Shown piece after piece: positions 1 through 12,471 of a stretch of DNA of 64,000 nt. The stretch is from Camelus ferus (Eukaryota), in NCBI RefSeq assembly GCF_009834535.1, contig NC_045696.1, positions 119,414,001 to 119,478,000 on the forward strand, written 5' to 3'. The translations under genes were made by a program, and so were the position numbers. The notes beneath the pieces are model-generated. The model saw only the letters and a list, made by a program, of their open reading frames with translations. It made no database searches and was not told where the DNA came from. How positions within the stretch are numbered: position 1 is the stretch's first letter; each line of letters begins with the position of its first letter.

Positions 1-48
1 TATATAAATATATACATATATATATGTATATAAATATATACATATATA
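1..48. repeat. (TA)n-type microsatellite
   Basis: Degenerate TATA/TACA run at the window start. Confidence 0.9.
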
Positions 49-49
49 T

Positions 50-1061
50 TATTTGTTGCAGAGATATGGCCTCACATAATCATGGGAGCTGGTTAAGCAG
101 TCTCTGTAAGGCTGCTGTCTTCATATCTGATGCTGACGCCTGAAGTCCACAGGACAGGCAGTTCCAAAGGAAAGAAAGATATAAAATCAGGGAGATTGAG
201 AACGACCTGGAACCCATCAGTATGGGCTGGAACCCCACAAGGATGGACTAAAATCCACCCCATCCTTGCTGCTTCTGACACAGGTGAAGTGGACATCCTT
301 CCGAAGTCGGGACCCTTTGGTGTGGGGCTACACACAGACACCTGGCCCAGAAGCAGAAGCAGAGGAGCTGAAGTCGGATCCAGGGAAAGCAGAGCAATTA
401 CAGGTCCAGCAACCACTTTGTGCCAATGAGGTGTGTCCGAGGATGAGCAACATGGGTGAGCTCCATCGCGTCTCCTGCTTCCCTTCTGCCCTCCAGACTT
501 CCCAAGGATCTCTCTCATGCCCCATGATGGAGATAATGGAGCAGTTCTGTCTTTCTTTCTGGGACGCCTCAATGTCTGATTTTTGACTTACAACGAAGGT
601 AAGGGCAGTGAGATGTGTGATGTGCTGTCTGAGGCCTGAAACTCTCCTGGCAAGCCTGGGGTTATCTTCTTTCCTGGTGGTCTGCAACGGCCTCACCAGT
701 TTGAGAAGCCTGGCTTGGCAACTTAAAGAACTATCTGGCTCCTTCCAGTGAGTTCTCCTGAAGCCAGGGTTCCTTGCACAGATGTTGGCAGCTCCATCCA
801 GAGATTCAGTGCGGTCTGTGTGGACAGAGGTTGGGCCTCGGTGCACAAAGTCTCTTGGAACCACACTGTTCCCCTGCTTTCTCTTTCTCCCTGCACTGGA
901 GCCTTTGCCTTTAAAAAAAAGTCTTGACATGAGCATACTCTGTGGAGTCTGGGGAGTCCTTTCAAATATCTGAACTGGGGAAAACAATATAACCAATCTC
1001 ACTGAACACACGTAAGAAGGAGCATTCTGGGAAATGTAGGCCAATCGAGCTAACTGGCACA
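50..1061 (-). mobile_element. Old ERVL-class LTR fragments (MLT2E/F- or LTR52-like), possibly interrupted
   Basis: ggagctggttaagcagtctctgtaaggctg...gaagtccacagg near 85-155 and attctgggaaatgtag...ctaactggcaca near 1024-1061 resemble ERVL LTR segments as I recall them; the middle is uncertain. Confidence 0.45.
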
Positions 1062-2550
1062 CTGTGAGGTCACCAGAGTGTCCGTGGGCCTCGGTGCTCT
1101 GTGGCCGTCATCTTAGGGAGGCTTGCTTTTGGCATAGGGGAACAAAGATGACAGACCTAGGTCTTTTCAAAGAAATCGTTCCACAGATGCCTGGGGAAAA
1201 CCAGAACCAAATTCTTAGAGGAAATAAAGACTTGGTGATTCCTTAAAACCCTTGATTCTTCTGATTCTGCAGCTAAAAACCAGTGGTGTTTCTTGCTAGT
1301 ACCCAATGCTAATGGAGAGAGAGAAAGCAAAAGGGAAGGTCTGATTTCCTCTTGGGAAGGACCCTCTACGTAGAGCCAGGAAGACGGAGACAAGAAAACT
1401 AGAACTGCCATGTTACAACATGGCAGATTTTGGCTCAATCAATGGGAGGAATTTATAACGTTTAGAGTAAGTGTCCAACAGCCGAAGGGATTGCCTTGTG
1501 AGGAACGGAATCCTATGTTTTGACTTGTTAGCTTTAGGCAGAGATTTAATAACATCATTCCTCTCTTACTCCCTCCCTCCCTCCCTTCTTCCTTCTTCCT
1601 TCCTTCCATGCATCTGTCCATCCAGTTATTTTTTATGAGTGCAATCAGTCAATCAACACTTACTGCTTATTATATGCCAGGTGCTGTGCTGGGCTCTGGA
1701 ATCACAGCCCAGAATGGAAGGCAGCTGGGATTATGGACCACCTGCTATGTGCCAGGCGCTCATTAAGTGCTAGAGATTAGAACCCAGGAGAGAAGGCAAT
1801 CTGGGACTGGCGCTGAGAGTCTTCAGTTCTAAGCCCTTACTCCTAAGTGGACCTCCCATTTGTGAATCCTGGCCTGGTTGGTCCCCCCAGCCATGACTCT
1901 TTGACTCATACTCACCCACATGGCTTGTTTTTGTTTGGCTGGGTCCAGGAGGGCTGGGATGTTCTGGGCTGTGACCTCACTGTTTATCACCCTTTTAGAA
2001 AGCTCCTACCTCCCTTGTGCAGGCTAGATCAGAGCCAGAAGCAGCAGGGTGGCTGTGTGGCGTCAACCCCAGCCAGCATTGCTATCGTCTTAAACACCCA
2101 AACAATGGGTCACACGCCTACAGCTCGTGACTTCTTGGCAGCTCAGTTGGGCCTGAGCGCTTCCATTTTTATCTGCCATTTGAGATGGGAAGGCACTGGA
2201 AACAGCTGAGCTGTGAACGTTTACAGTGTAAAATCCACGCGGGGAGAGAGATGAGTTTATGAGCAGTCCAATCTTAGCCCTCAGGGAAAGACTAGAAAAA
2301 CACATTTAGCCTGACATTTAAAGATCTGATATGATCCAGATGCCATCAATTTAGCACCCAGCTCTCCCTAAACCCTGTGCGAGACCTGGCAGGCGAGGAG
2401 TGGCACACTGGAGGACGTTTGGGTGTAAGGAGACCACCAGGACAACAGTTCCCAAGGTGGCGGCTGGACCGTACTCCTTGGATGTTCTTTGCACTGTGTC
2501 GCAATTTGCAAGGTTGTCTCTAAAGGAGTCTCTTGAAAACCTTGTGTAAT

Positions 2551-3069
2551 TGTAGCAGGGAAGAACAAATCTGACTCTGTATTAGATCTATTCCTTTGGC
2601 TCTAACCCTGTGCTGTGTTTCCTGGGCTCAGTCCTGCTGGTTGTGCACCTTCTGTAAAAGAACATTGCCTAGAGCCTGAAATACACAGGAGAGCCCGTTC
2701 TCAAGGCTCTGGCCTTTATGGGTGTAACACTTCCCATTCATATAGAGATAAAAAGTTGCAGAACAGAGAATAACATTTGTCTTGTTGGCGGTTTGCAGGA
2801 ACATCATGACCTGACCCACGTGTGGACTGCTGCAAGAACAAAGGATTCTGACACCAAGTAATTTGTAATGATGACAACCTCCCCACCCAGTTTTAGTATA
2901 AAAGGAGTCTGAATTCTGACTTGGGGAAGATGGTTCTCCAGGACACTAGTCTCCCCTCTTCTTGGTCTGCCGACTTTCTGAATAAAGTCTCTATTCCTTG
3001 CCCCAACACCTCGTCTCCAGATGTACTGGCCTGTCATGCGGCGAGCAGAACGAGTTTGGATTCAGTAAG
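2551..3069 (+). mobile_element. Solo ERV1 LTR, MER41-like (artiodactyl type)
   Basis: Starts TGT; TATAAAA at 2897-2903; AATAAA at 2981-2986; U5 cttgccccaacacctcgtctcc...cggcgagcagaacgagtttgga; flanking gtaat at 2546-2550 and 3070-3074 (TSD). Confidence 0.85.
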
Positions 3070-4945
3070 GTAATCTTTTTGCAAACATGAGATGATCCTT
3101 GAGAGAGAGAGAGAGAGTGTACCAATCTGGAGATGACTCTTGACAAAAGTGGTTAGCTAACAAGCAAGAGTGGGGCAGGCGCAAACGCAGCCCTTACTAT
3201 AGCGAGGAGGCAGGGCTGGATTCCCACACAGGGAGCCCCCGTGACCTGCGGGAACCTTCCTTTTCGACCCGTGTTCAGTTACGTGATCAGGAGGCTGCAC
3301 ATCCGGATGCTCTGGGGCACTGATTTCCCCCAAGCAATTCTGCAACGCTTAAATGTCATCACACGTGCACCCTGAGTAAATGTATTGAGTAGATTGGAGG
3401 AAGCCTCTCAAAGTTTGTCTTAGGAAGTCTTAGAATTGAATTTAATGTATCTGATTCCAGGTTGGTCACAGGTGTGATGGGGATTGGAGCCCCTCCTCGC
3501 CCCCAAGTCCAAACTCTGCAACTTATGCTCTGTGTGAACTTGGACAAGTCCCTATTTGTTCACAGAAGGAAAGGGCTGGATTAGATGTTCCCCAGGGATT
3601 TTTCAGCACGAAGGCTCTGTGATGGAAACAGGGCATACATGGTAAAGTGGAGATTGTGCCTAAGCCCCTTCAGCTGCAGGGACGGGAAGAAATCTTGAGT
3701 ATCCTACACAGCCTCACTGCTTTCTGAGCAAAAGCGTTCTTGGAATAACCAAGTTCCCTACCTCTACAAATATAACCCCACAGAGAACCGAGCCATCGGC
3801 CACAAAGAGCTTAACTTCAGGTGTTTAAGACCACCCGCGTTCCTGTTAAAAAGGCCCGTGCCCTTGGCTCAAAATACTGATGTCAGTTTTAAATCACACT
3901 TGCATATTGATTTCAAAAGCTCCCCTCAGTAACACTGTAAATAAATTAATTAGATGGTGGCACTCCAACCCAGCGATGAAATTGCCCCCATTGAGCGAAG
4001 AGTTGAGCTTGAAAACCAGTCAAGATAATTGTGCCCTTGTTTGGGGAGGATAAATGTGCTGTGGAAGGTGTGTGTCTGCTCCTTGGTGGAGACTGCGTGG
4101 AGAGGCCAGAAGACAGCTGCAGGGGAAGACCGGAGGGAGTTCCCTGGGGTGGGTATCTGTGCATTAGCACTTTTTTGTATGAGGTGGGTGTGGTGCAGAA
4201 GCATGCATCCTGATGAGAGAGCTTTGCATCAGAGACTAGGGGCCTTGCAGCATGAGAGTCAGCATGATCTGCTTTATAGAGTCTCCAATATTTTTGATGC
4301 TCTGCCTTTTCCTACTGATAGCAATTACCATTTGCATTTTTATTTGTTTATATATTAATCTCCTCTTTTGAAAGGATTTGTGGTAGCATGTGTACATTCA
4401 ATTTAATAGGCCAGGATAAATAGCCCAGGACACTGGGTCAAAGGGAAGGTAAGCTTAGGAAGTAAGATGAAACCGGAAGTAAAGTTAACACACAGTGTAT
4501 ATCATAGTCTAAGCAGTTGCAAAAGTGAGCCACTCTGAACTTCCTAGCAGCCAATGGAAAGAAGGGAACATGAGTAGTCATCAGATTCATGGTATCTGTA
4601 GAGTACGAATGTTCTAGCTGGACAATCAATACATCCTCCTGGTCACTGTCCATGAAAGCTGGAGTTCAGGATTTTCATCTCAAATGGCCAGTGCCTAGAG
4701 ATAAAATATCTAAGCTGATCAGTATGGGCAGTGTCAAATACTTTGAAAATCAAGAAAATATAATATAGGGCTGATATTCTTTTTTGGTTTTAAAAAAAAT
4801 TGCTGAAACCAGGATTTATGTCTGAGTGGAGACCAGTTCCACAGCTGCAGAAAGGTGAGCTGAAGGAGACCCTGGGCAGAGCTGAGATTTTCCTGAAAAA
4901 CCTGTTTTGGACAAAGGGGCTATCAAGGGCCCGGCGTTCTAGGCG

Positions 4946-5137
4946 CTAGAGCTGTGGGTCTGGGGTTCTGATGTGTACCTGGAGATGCAGACCACTGCCC
5001 AGAGCATGGGTGGGGTTATTTCCGGTGGAAACATCAAAGGCCTAGAGCTGTGGGTCTGGGGTTCTGATGTGTACCTGGAGATGCAGACCACTGCCCAGAG
5101 CATGGGTGGGGTTATTTCCGGTGGAAACATCAAAGGC
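4946..5137. repeat. Perfect 2 x 96-bp tandem duplication
   Basis: Units 4946-5041 and 5042-5137 are identical base by base. Confidence 0.97.
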
Positions 5138-5379
5138 GCCTGCTAACAATCCCTGGCCGCAGCCACAGTTAGCATGCTGGCCTTGCTGTGTCTGACTGTG
5201 AGTGATGGAAGACCCTGGCAGGGGAAAATGTACCCGCAGACAGTGAGGCCACTGAGCTGCTGCCGCAGATCGTGGGAACTCAGCCCATTAGTCTGGGAGG
5301 ACACCTGCCCACGGGAGTGACCTGAGCCCTTGCATACGGCCTGTGGGCATTGGCTGTGACTTTGCTTTATGGAAAGCCA

Positions 5380-5470
5380 TCCCATTCACTGGGCTTACCA
5401 GGTCACGGGACTTTCATTGTTAAAACTCGGAAAGTCCCAGGCAAACTGGGACTGTTTGAGTGCCAGTTAG
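5380..5470. mobile_element. hAT MITE fragment (MER96-like)
   Basis: gggactttcattgttaaaactcggaaagtcccaggcaaactggga resembles the MER96/MER81-group palindromic core. Confidence 0.5.
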
Positions 5471-5890
5471 TCCCCCCAGTGGTTTGGTCTCTTCTCAAGA
5501 CAGGATCAGAATGGAAAGGAATGACTCGGCCAACAAGAGTCAGGACTGATGTGCTGGGGGCTGGTTCTGAGGCACGGCGGGGTGGGGACCCTCTGTGATG
5601 TTTATCTGTGGCTTCTTCCTGGCTGGGCTGCCAGATGCAGGGTCCTCCCCTCACCTCGCCTCTGTTCCTATCTCCCTGACACATTTCTGTGTCTGTTCTG
5701 GATTCCAGCAGGGGCCCAGCCAGGGAGCAAGTGCAGCCTCCCCAGACCCGCTAGGACCACGGCTCTCCTCCAGAGTCAAGACACGGGCCTTCAAGACTTA
5801 CTGCTTTTTGCTTGGAGACTTTGACCTTGAAAGTCAGGTGGGCAGCCGCGTGGGGTGCAAATACTGAGATTACACAGAATCCCCTGTGAC

Positions 5891-6051
5891 CAGGGCTGAT
5901 TTTGTGGGTGCTCACACGGGGCCCCTGTTCAAAAGGGTCTATGCTTGGTTTCATGTTCAGCTGTCATCCCCTGGAATCCTTCGTAATCTGTGACCCAGGA
6001 GCCCTGCATTTTCATTTTGCGCTGGGCCCTGCAAATTCTGCCACTCAGCCT
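5891..6051 (+). mobile_element. hAT-Tip100 MITE (MER91A-like)
   Basis: Begins cagggctg; contains gccctgcattttcattttgcgctgggccctgcaaatt. Confidence 0.7.
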
Positions 6052-7030
6052 GAAGGCCACTCCCTCCACCGTCCTTCCTCTCCAACAAATTGGCTTCCGC
6101 CGACTTTGCCATTAGGGTGCCCTTACGGAAACAACTGACAATGAAGTGGGAAGTGTGGCCTGAGGGACTTGCAACCTGGCCTAGTTCTAGAACCTCTCCA
6201 TCAAACTTCCAAGGGGTACAGCCCCCAAATCTGCATTTGAGGAGAGGTAACTGGGAGAAGATCGGGCTTCAGTATTTCAGAGCAGAGGTGGATTTTAAGT
6301 CAAAAATAAATCAAGAGGGAAAAATGAGAGCTGTGAGAGGCAGCGGCGTCTCGGAGTCGCTGAGCCAGGCGGACTCGCAGGCAGGTGCACTTACCTCATG
6401 TGGCCCCAGCTGTGCAGACTTCTCCCCTTTGTGTGTTTCATGGCCTGAAATTGAGAAACAAGAATCTCCATCACAATTCCTGTGTACGAGTTCTCTGAAG
6501 CCCGGGCTTGCTCTCTGCTACCTCTTGCAGCCAAGCCAGGCGGCCTAGGAAATAACCCCCGAATTAGCTGTCTCTGGGGCCTCACACCCCTGCCTGCACC
6601 CCTCTCAGGTCTTCGGCTTCTCCAGCTGCTATACCCTATGTTTGCTTCTGATCTGGACTGACTTTGGCCCCTGGTCCTTGGCTGACTCCTTCCGGCACCT
6701 TCATGGAAGACTCCAGGGCAAACGATGACCTGTCCCCTCCTGGGCCAACCTGGGAGTTCACCTGGTGTCTTTGTGAGAGTGAGAAGACAATGCCCTTGGG
6801 CAAGTCTCACATTAGTGAAAAAATGTAGCAGCCTTCAGGCATGGCTGGATCTAGGGGCTCTCTCTATCTCTTTAAGGCTTGATTTCCTCTGATGAGTGCT
6901 CAGAGTTAATCTTTCCAAGCCAAAGGAAAGGCACGGTGACCAACACACTTTCTCCCTCACAGGCAGCAGGAGTTTGATGGGCACAGGCTGCCTCCTCTGG
7001 GGTCTCTCATCACCTGATCTTGACCTGTGA

Positions 7031-7443
7031 GAATGGTATGCTGGTAGGTGTTAAACAACTGGCTCTTGCCAGGGGAGTGGGGCGGATTCCTTGACTTGTA
7101 GAGTTTGCTGGTTTCTGTGATGTACATGCTATCATGGTGACAGATTTCAAGCTATTAATACTCTGTCAACCCAGAGTTGGGAAGAGAAGAACCCTGGCTT
7201 ACTATCACCCAGCATTTCCACATACCATATTTGTAAGTAACCTCAGGCACATGGATAATAGTAAAATGCAGTAAGACAATTAGGAAGGGATGGATTTTGA
7301 GTGTCCGTTACCTTTCCTTTTAATGTAATTCAAGTAAAAATGTCTGCCAATTTCTGATAGTGAATGGATTTAACAACCAGCGAGCAAGATTTCTGAAATT
7401 TAACAAGCGGCCTTCCTGGCCAGCCAGCTCCAGCACCTCGCTG
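7031..7443. mobile_element. hAT-Blackjack MITE (MER63-like)
   Basis: Left end tggtatgctggtaggtgttaaacaactggctct and right end ttaacaagcggcc...gctccagcacctcgctg form degenerate inverted termini. Confidence 0.65.
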
Positions 7444-8329
7444 ATTCTAGAACTGCACTCAGTGATTCACAGAGCTGTGATCAACTACGAACATCTGCCA
7501 AGGACCCAGGAGAGCAGAGAGGAGGCATGCACGCCCCGTGTTTACCTTTTCTAGAATGTCAGCGATTTTATGCAAACAACTTTTGTTTTTTTAATTGCAA
7601 AGAGCCTGGTAACACCCTGTGAAATGGCACAACTCTCCCTGGGGAGAAACATGTGGATTTCGCCCCTGCTGACGATGCTTCTGCAGTGGCATCTGACTGC
7701 ATCTCGTTGGCACTGCCGAAGTCCTTGGAAAGAAGGGGGGGGGGAGCCACCAGGGGAGGACTTTCTCTTTTTTGGCCCAAGGTGCTAACAACCCCATTAA
7801 TGCCGCACACTGCTGCTGCCGTGTGGGCGGAGAACGTTTTTCAGCTTTTTTTGCTCGAGTAGAAGGAATCTTTAAGGTCAGAACTGCACTGTTTCGTATC
7901 TTATTGAGACTCTGCGCCAGCTCTCCCATTTCCTTTTTGTTTTTCCTGGTTGGATTTGCCAGCAGCTGAGCAGATCTGGGGCTGGCTGATTCTCGAAGGA
8001 ACCATGAAAGCATGACAGAGTTCACGTGGCTTCCTGAGTGTCAAAAGTCTCTGAACGAGCCGCTAGCACTGGGTACAATTTGGCTCAGTGGCTGTGACTC
8101 GAGGACCTCCAGATATTGCTTTTGGAGCTGAAAAACTCCCTGAGAGCTAGGGACGCTGCATCCCGCCCCCTCCATCCCATCCTGCTTTTGCTAAACCTGT
8201 GATTAGTACAAGAATCTGCACAGTTAAGTGCTCGTCAAACCTCCACCGCAAGTCGATCGGTTGGAGCGCATGAGTCACCATGCAGATAATCCTTCTCACC
8301 AACAGATCCACTTTGCAGTTCTTTATTGG

Positions 8330-9095
8330 ATGATAATTTACATTCAGTAAAATACATACATCTGACATGACCAGTGCAAGACTTTCTTGCATATACATAT
8401 GTAAATATCGCTGTGACCACCATCCTATTGAGATGTAGGATGTTTCCATCCCCTAGAAGGTTCCTTGTGTCCTTTTCCAGTTAATGCCCCTCCCCGAGAG
8501 GCAACCGCTACTGTGGTCTTGTCTTAGCCTGCTAGGGCAGCCACAGTAAATACCATAGCCGGGGCGGCTTCAACAACAGAAAAAATTTCCCTGTGGTTTG
8601 GGAGGCTAGAAGTCTAAGGTGAAGACTCCAGTCAGTTCAGAGAGCTGCCTTCTCACCGTGTCCTCGCACGACCCCACCTCTGTACCAGCAGATAGAGAGT
8701 GAGCCCTCTGGTGTCTCTTCTGAAAAGGGCGCTGATCTTGTCGGATCAGGGCCCCTCTCTTAGGACCTCATTTAACCTTGATTACTTCCTTAGAGGCCCC
8801 ATCTCCAAATACAGCCACTGCGAGGGCTCAGCACAGGGACTGCGGGAGGGGTGACACAAACATTCAGTCCACAACGGACCTCCACCCCAGAGATGAGCAC
8901 TGCCCACCCTGGGGCTTCATACAGACGCAACCACACAGCACATCCTCCTTTGTGTCTGCCTGCTTTCTCTTTTGCCGTTTCTGAGGTTCATCCACGTGGC
9001 TGTGTGTGGCAGTGCTTCATTCCTCTTTATCACTAAGACCATCATTTATTTCTCTGGCCTCCCATCAATGAACACCGGCGTTGTTTCCAGGTTGC
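8330..9095 (-). mobile_element. Old L1M 3' fragment interrupted by an MLT1 LTR
   Basis: atgtttccatcccctagaaggttccttgtgtccttttccag and ctgaggttcatccacgtggctgtgtgtggcagt resemble L1MC/MD 3' sequence on either side of the MLT1. Confidence 0.6.
8520..8876 (-). mobile_element. MaLR solo LTR (MLT1A/B-like)
   Basis: Starts tgtcttag; contains ggaggctagaagtctaagg and gacctcatttaaccttgattac; ends gacacaaacattcagtccacaac. Confidence 0.85.
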
Positions 9096-9419
9096 CAAGA
9101 GATATTTATTCTCTGCAGGGCATTCTGTGACTGCTAGACAATAAAAAGAAATGTCAACTACGTCCCTGCCCTTCAGGAGATTATGCCTGGTATCCGTGCT
9201 TGAAAATAGCTAAGACTGTATCAACATAGCCAGCAAAATATGACTTTGTGACTCACTGAACAGCGACTGACTCGGGGACTCAGAGGGAGGGAATTTTTGA
9301 GGAACATCAGTCGAGTCTGTTTGTAAATACACTCAGAAGACGAACCAGCTTGAAAACACCGGCTGCCAGAGAAGCAGAAGCAACTGCCAGTGAGGCTGCA
9401 GCGGGCAGGGCACTGGGTC

Positions 9420-10030
9420 CGCCGTGTAGGCACCTCTGGGAAGCCTCCACATGCTTCCCCGCCTGTGTTCTGGCCGAAGAGCTTCCCAAAGTGGGAGCGC
9501 GGTGAAGACACTCCCCTCGGAACAAAGCTGGCTCCTGCTTTGTTTTTGTGATTTCCTCCCAGAGGGCGGGAGGGAAAGGTCGGTGCTCGGAAGGACAGCT
9601 AGGCACCTCGTCCAGGATCCGGAAAGGCTCTCCACGGCCAGGTGTGATGCCCCACGTGGTGGGAAGGCACGGTGGGCGCAGGGGTGCGGGGCCGGGCTCC
9701 GAGCGCGGGCTGTACGGGGTGCGTGTTCAGCCGCTCCGGCCCCAGGCGGGTTTGAGTGGGCGGGCAGAGTGCGTGTCGCTGGGGCAGGCTGGAAACTGGC
9801 AGCCCTCAAGGGGCCTGGGAGCCTGTCTGGGGTCCGTGAGCAGAGCTGCTAACATCTCCATCCGTGAGTCTGAGAGCTGTGGTCCTGCGCGTCCTCGGAG
9901 ACCTTTGGCAGCTCCCCGAAGTCCTCCCCCACCGAGCTCCGTCCAGTGCTCAGGTCGCGCCATCCTCGCCCAGCCGTGGAGCAGACGGAGTTCCGGTGAC
10001 CTCGGAGCTCCCAAGCTTCCGGAGGTGAAG
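9420..10030. promoter_or_regulatory. CpG island / promoter-like GC-rich segment
   Basis: Dense CpG and high GC by eye against CpG-depleted flanks; GGGCGG boxes, CACGTG at 9653-9658, CCGGAA near 9619; TCC|gtgagt 5' splice site at 9864. Confidence 0.6.
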
Positions 10031-10144
10031 GGCTAAGTGTGGGAGATTTCAGGAGGCGGTTTCAGATGACAACCACGTTGGTGGGAGCTGCGTATTTTGT
10101 ATCAGTAATGTCATGTGATATTATTCTGCTTGCTTGGGGGTTGG

Positions 10145-10713
10145 TTTTTTTTTTTTTTTTTTCCAATTTTCTGCTTAATTTTTTTCCTTTTTAAAAAATT
10201 TAAGTACAGCTGATTTACAATGTTATATTTGTTTTTGGTGTACAGCAGAGTGATTCAGTTATATATATACACATATATGTATATATATATGTGTATGTAT
10301 ATATATACACACACACATATCCTTTTCCATTATAGGTTATAAGAAGCCATTGAATATAGTTCCCTGTGCTAGACAGTAGGACCTTGTTTATCTACCCTGT
10401 AGGTAGTAGTTTATATCTGCCAAACTCAAACTCCCAATTTGTCCCTCCTTTCCCCCTTCCCACCCTGGTAACCATATGTTTGTTTTCTATGTCTGTGAGT
10501 CTTTTTATGGTTTGTAAATAAATTCTTTTGTGTCATATTTTTAGACTCCACATATAAGCAATCTCATATGGTATTTTTCTTTCTCCTTCTGGCTTACTTC
10601 ACTTAGAATGACGATCTCCAGGTCTATCCATGTCACTACAAATGGCATTATTTTATTCTTTTTTATGACTGAGTAGTATTCCACTGCATATGTATAGCGC
10701 ATCTTCTCTATCT
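10145..10713 (-). mobile_element. L1 3' end (ORF2 C-terminus plus 3' UTR) with internal TA/CA microsatellite
   Basis: Poly-T tail; tatagttccctgtgcta...; ggcttacttcacttagaatgac (SEVSQ region). Confidence 0.9.
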
Positions 10714-11224
10714 TTAAAGTTTTAAACTATCTTTTTTTTTTTTTTACATTTTTTTCATTGAAAGAACAAAAAACCTGTTAAATAAAATTTGAGAAGAAAC
10801 CACGAAAGCTTCCTAACGGCCTGTCCTCACAGATTTTCTCCATTTGTCTTCCCTTCCACTTCATACTTTAAACACCGTCTTCTCACACGTTTGCTGGAGC
10901 ATTTCCACATGGCTGCGACAGGCCTGACAATGATGACACTTAGCAGCTGCATACTATTTAATGTTGATGGACCATAATTTTCTATTGCTGGACATCTTCG
11001 TGTCCATATTTTGCTATTATCTGTAATTCTGCAATGGAGTAATTACTTTTTAAAGAATTTTTACCCAAAAGTGCACTCACCACAGTCCTGAGGGAGGCCC
11101 ACAGTGTCCTCAGTGTTCGAAGGACAGAAAGATGAAGAAGACCCGTGAGTTAGAAGTGCATTTGTGTGGGTCCAAAGGGAACCAGAAACAGTGGTGTGGT
11201 GGGGGGGGGGTCTGCAGAAAGTAT

Positions 11225-11570
11225 ACTGTTGAAATTGTTAAAAAGGCATACTTCTCTTATCAACGCATCATGAGTACACGTCAAAGTTTTATTTTTAACT
11301 CATTAATGAGAGAACCAGGTGTATAAGAGGACCTGATATATGGTTAGTTAGAGAAAAAAATGTGAAATGAGATCATTATGATAAATACACAACTGGTTAT
11401 TTTTCTTCAGGGCACTAAAGCTACAATCTTTGGTGTTATCTTCTCTATAACAGAAGTCATTTTTACCTCCACAGGGGAAAGACATCCTTTGCACCACTAC
11501 TGTATAAAAGCCATTTGTAGCTTAGTGGTTTTCAACTAATTCAGAGCTAATAAAACAGTTGGAAAACACT
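11225..11570 (-). mobile_element. Possible old ERV1 LTR (LTR37-like)
   Basis: aaagttttatttttaactcattaatgagagaaccag resembles an LTR polyadenylation region in antisense; from memory only. Confidence 0.35.
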
Positions 11571-11585
11571 AAATCAAGAGTAAAT

Positions 11586-11840
11586 TTGGGAGTTTGAGAT
11601 TTACAAATGTTAGCCACTATATATAAAAATAGATTTTAAAAAGTTTCTTTTGTATAGCAAAGGGAACTATGTTCAGTATCTTGTAATAATCTTTAACAGA
11701 AAAAATATGAAAATGAATATATGTATGTACATGCATGACTGGGACATTGTGCTGTACATCAGAGAGTGACACAGTGTAACTGACTGTACTTCAGTTAAAA
11801 ACTGCCTAAAAAATACAAAGAACAAACAAAAAACCCCCCA
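11586..11840 (+). mobile_element. L1 3' UTR fragment
   Basis: ttgggagtttgagattt...gggaactatgttcagtatcttg...gactgtacttcag, then an A-rich tail. Confidence 0.9.
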
Positions 11841-11853
11841 AAAAGTAAATAGT

Positions 11854-12471
11854 GGGCTTATATCTAGAGGGAACTCTAATTCAAAAAGATACATGCACCC
11901 CAATGTTCATAGCAGCACTATTTACAACAGCCAAGACATGGATACAGCCTAAATGTCCATCAACATATGAATGGATAAAGAATATGTGGCATATATATGC
12001 AGTGGAATACTACTCAGCCATAAAGAAGAATAAAATAATGCCATTTGCAGCAACACGAATGGATCTGAAGATTGTCATTCTACGTGAAGTAAGCCAGAAG
12101 GAGAAAAAAAAATACCATATGATATCACTCATATGTGGAATCTAAAAATATGACACAGAAGAATTTATTTACAAACCATAAAGAGACTCACAGACATAGA
12201 AAACAAACTTATGGTAACCAGATGGGGAAAGCAGTGGGGAGGGATAAATTGGGAGTATGAGATTTGCAGATACTAACTACTATATATAAAATAGATAAAC
12301 AACAAGTTTATACCGTATAGCACAGGGAACTATATTCAATATCTTGTAGTGACCTATAATGAAAAAGAATATGAAAAGGAATATATATGTGTTCATGTAT
12401 GACTGAAACATGATGCTGTACACAAGAGATTGACGCAACATTGTAAACTCATTATACTTCAATTAAAAAAA
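11854..12471 (+). mobile_element. 5'-truncated L1 (ORF2 C-terminus plus 3' UTR)
   Basis: ORF 11852-12145 encodes [17 protein letters not shown]...EYYSAIKKNKIMPFAAT...SLICGI; TSD agtaaatagt at 11844-11853 and 12475-12484. Confidence 0.95.

Noticed and set aside
328..1062. 244-aa minus-strand ORF and overlapping ORFs
   Set aside because: No recognisable domain; overlaps a probable LTR remnant; several competing frames are typical of GC-rich non-coding DNA
4946..5137. Direct repeats as a CRISPR-like array
   Set aside because: Only two adjacent units, no spacers, and a mammalian context
9333..10036. Multiple ORFs of 95-162 aa on both strands
   Set aside because: Explained by stop-codon scarcity in a CpG island; Arg/Ala/Pro/Gly-rich with no recognisable homology
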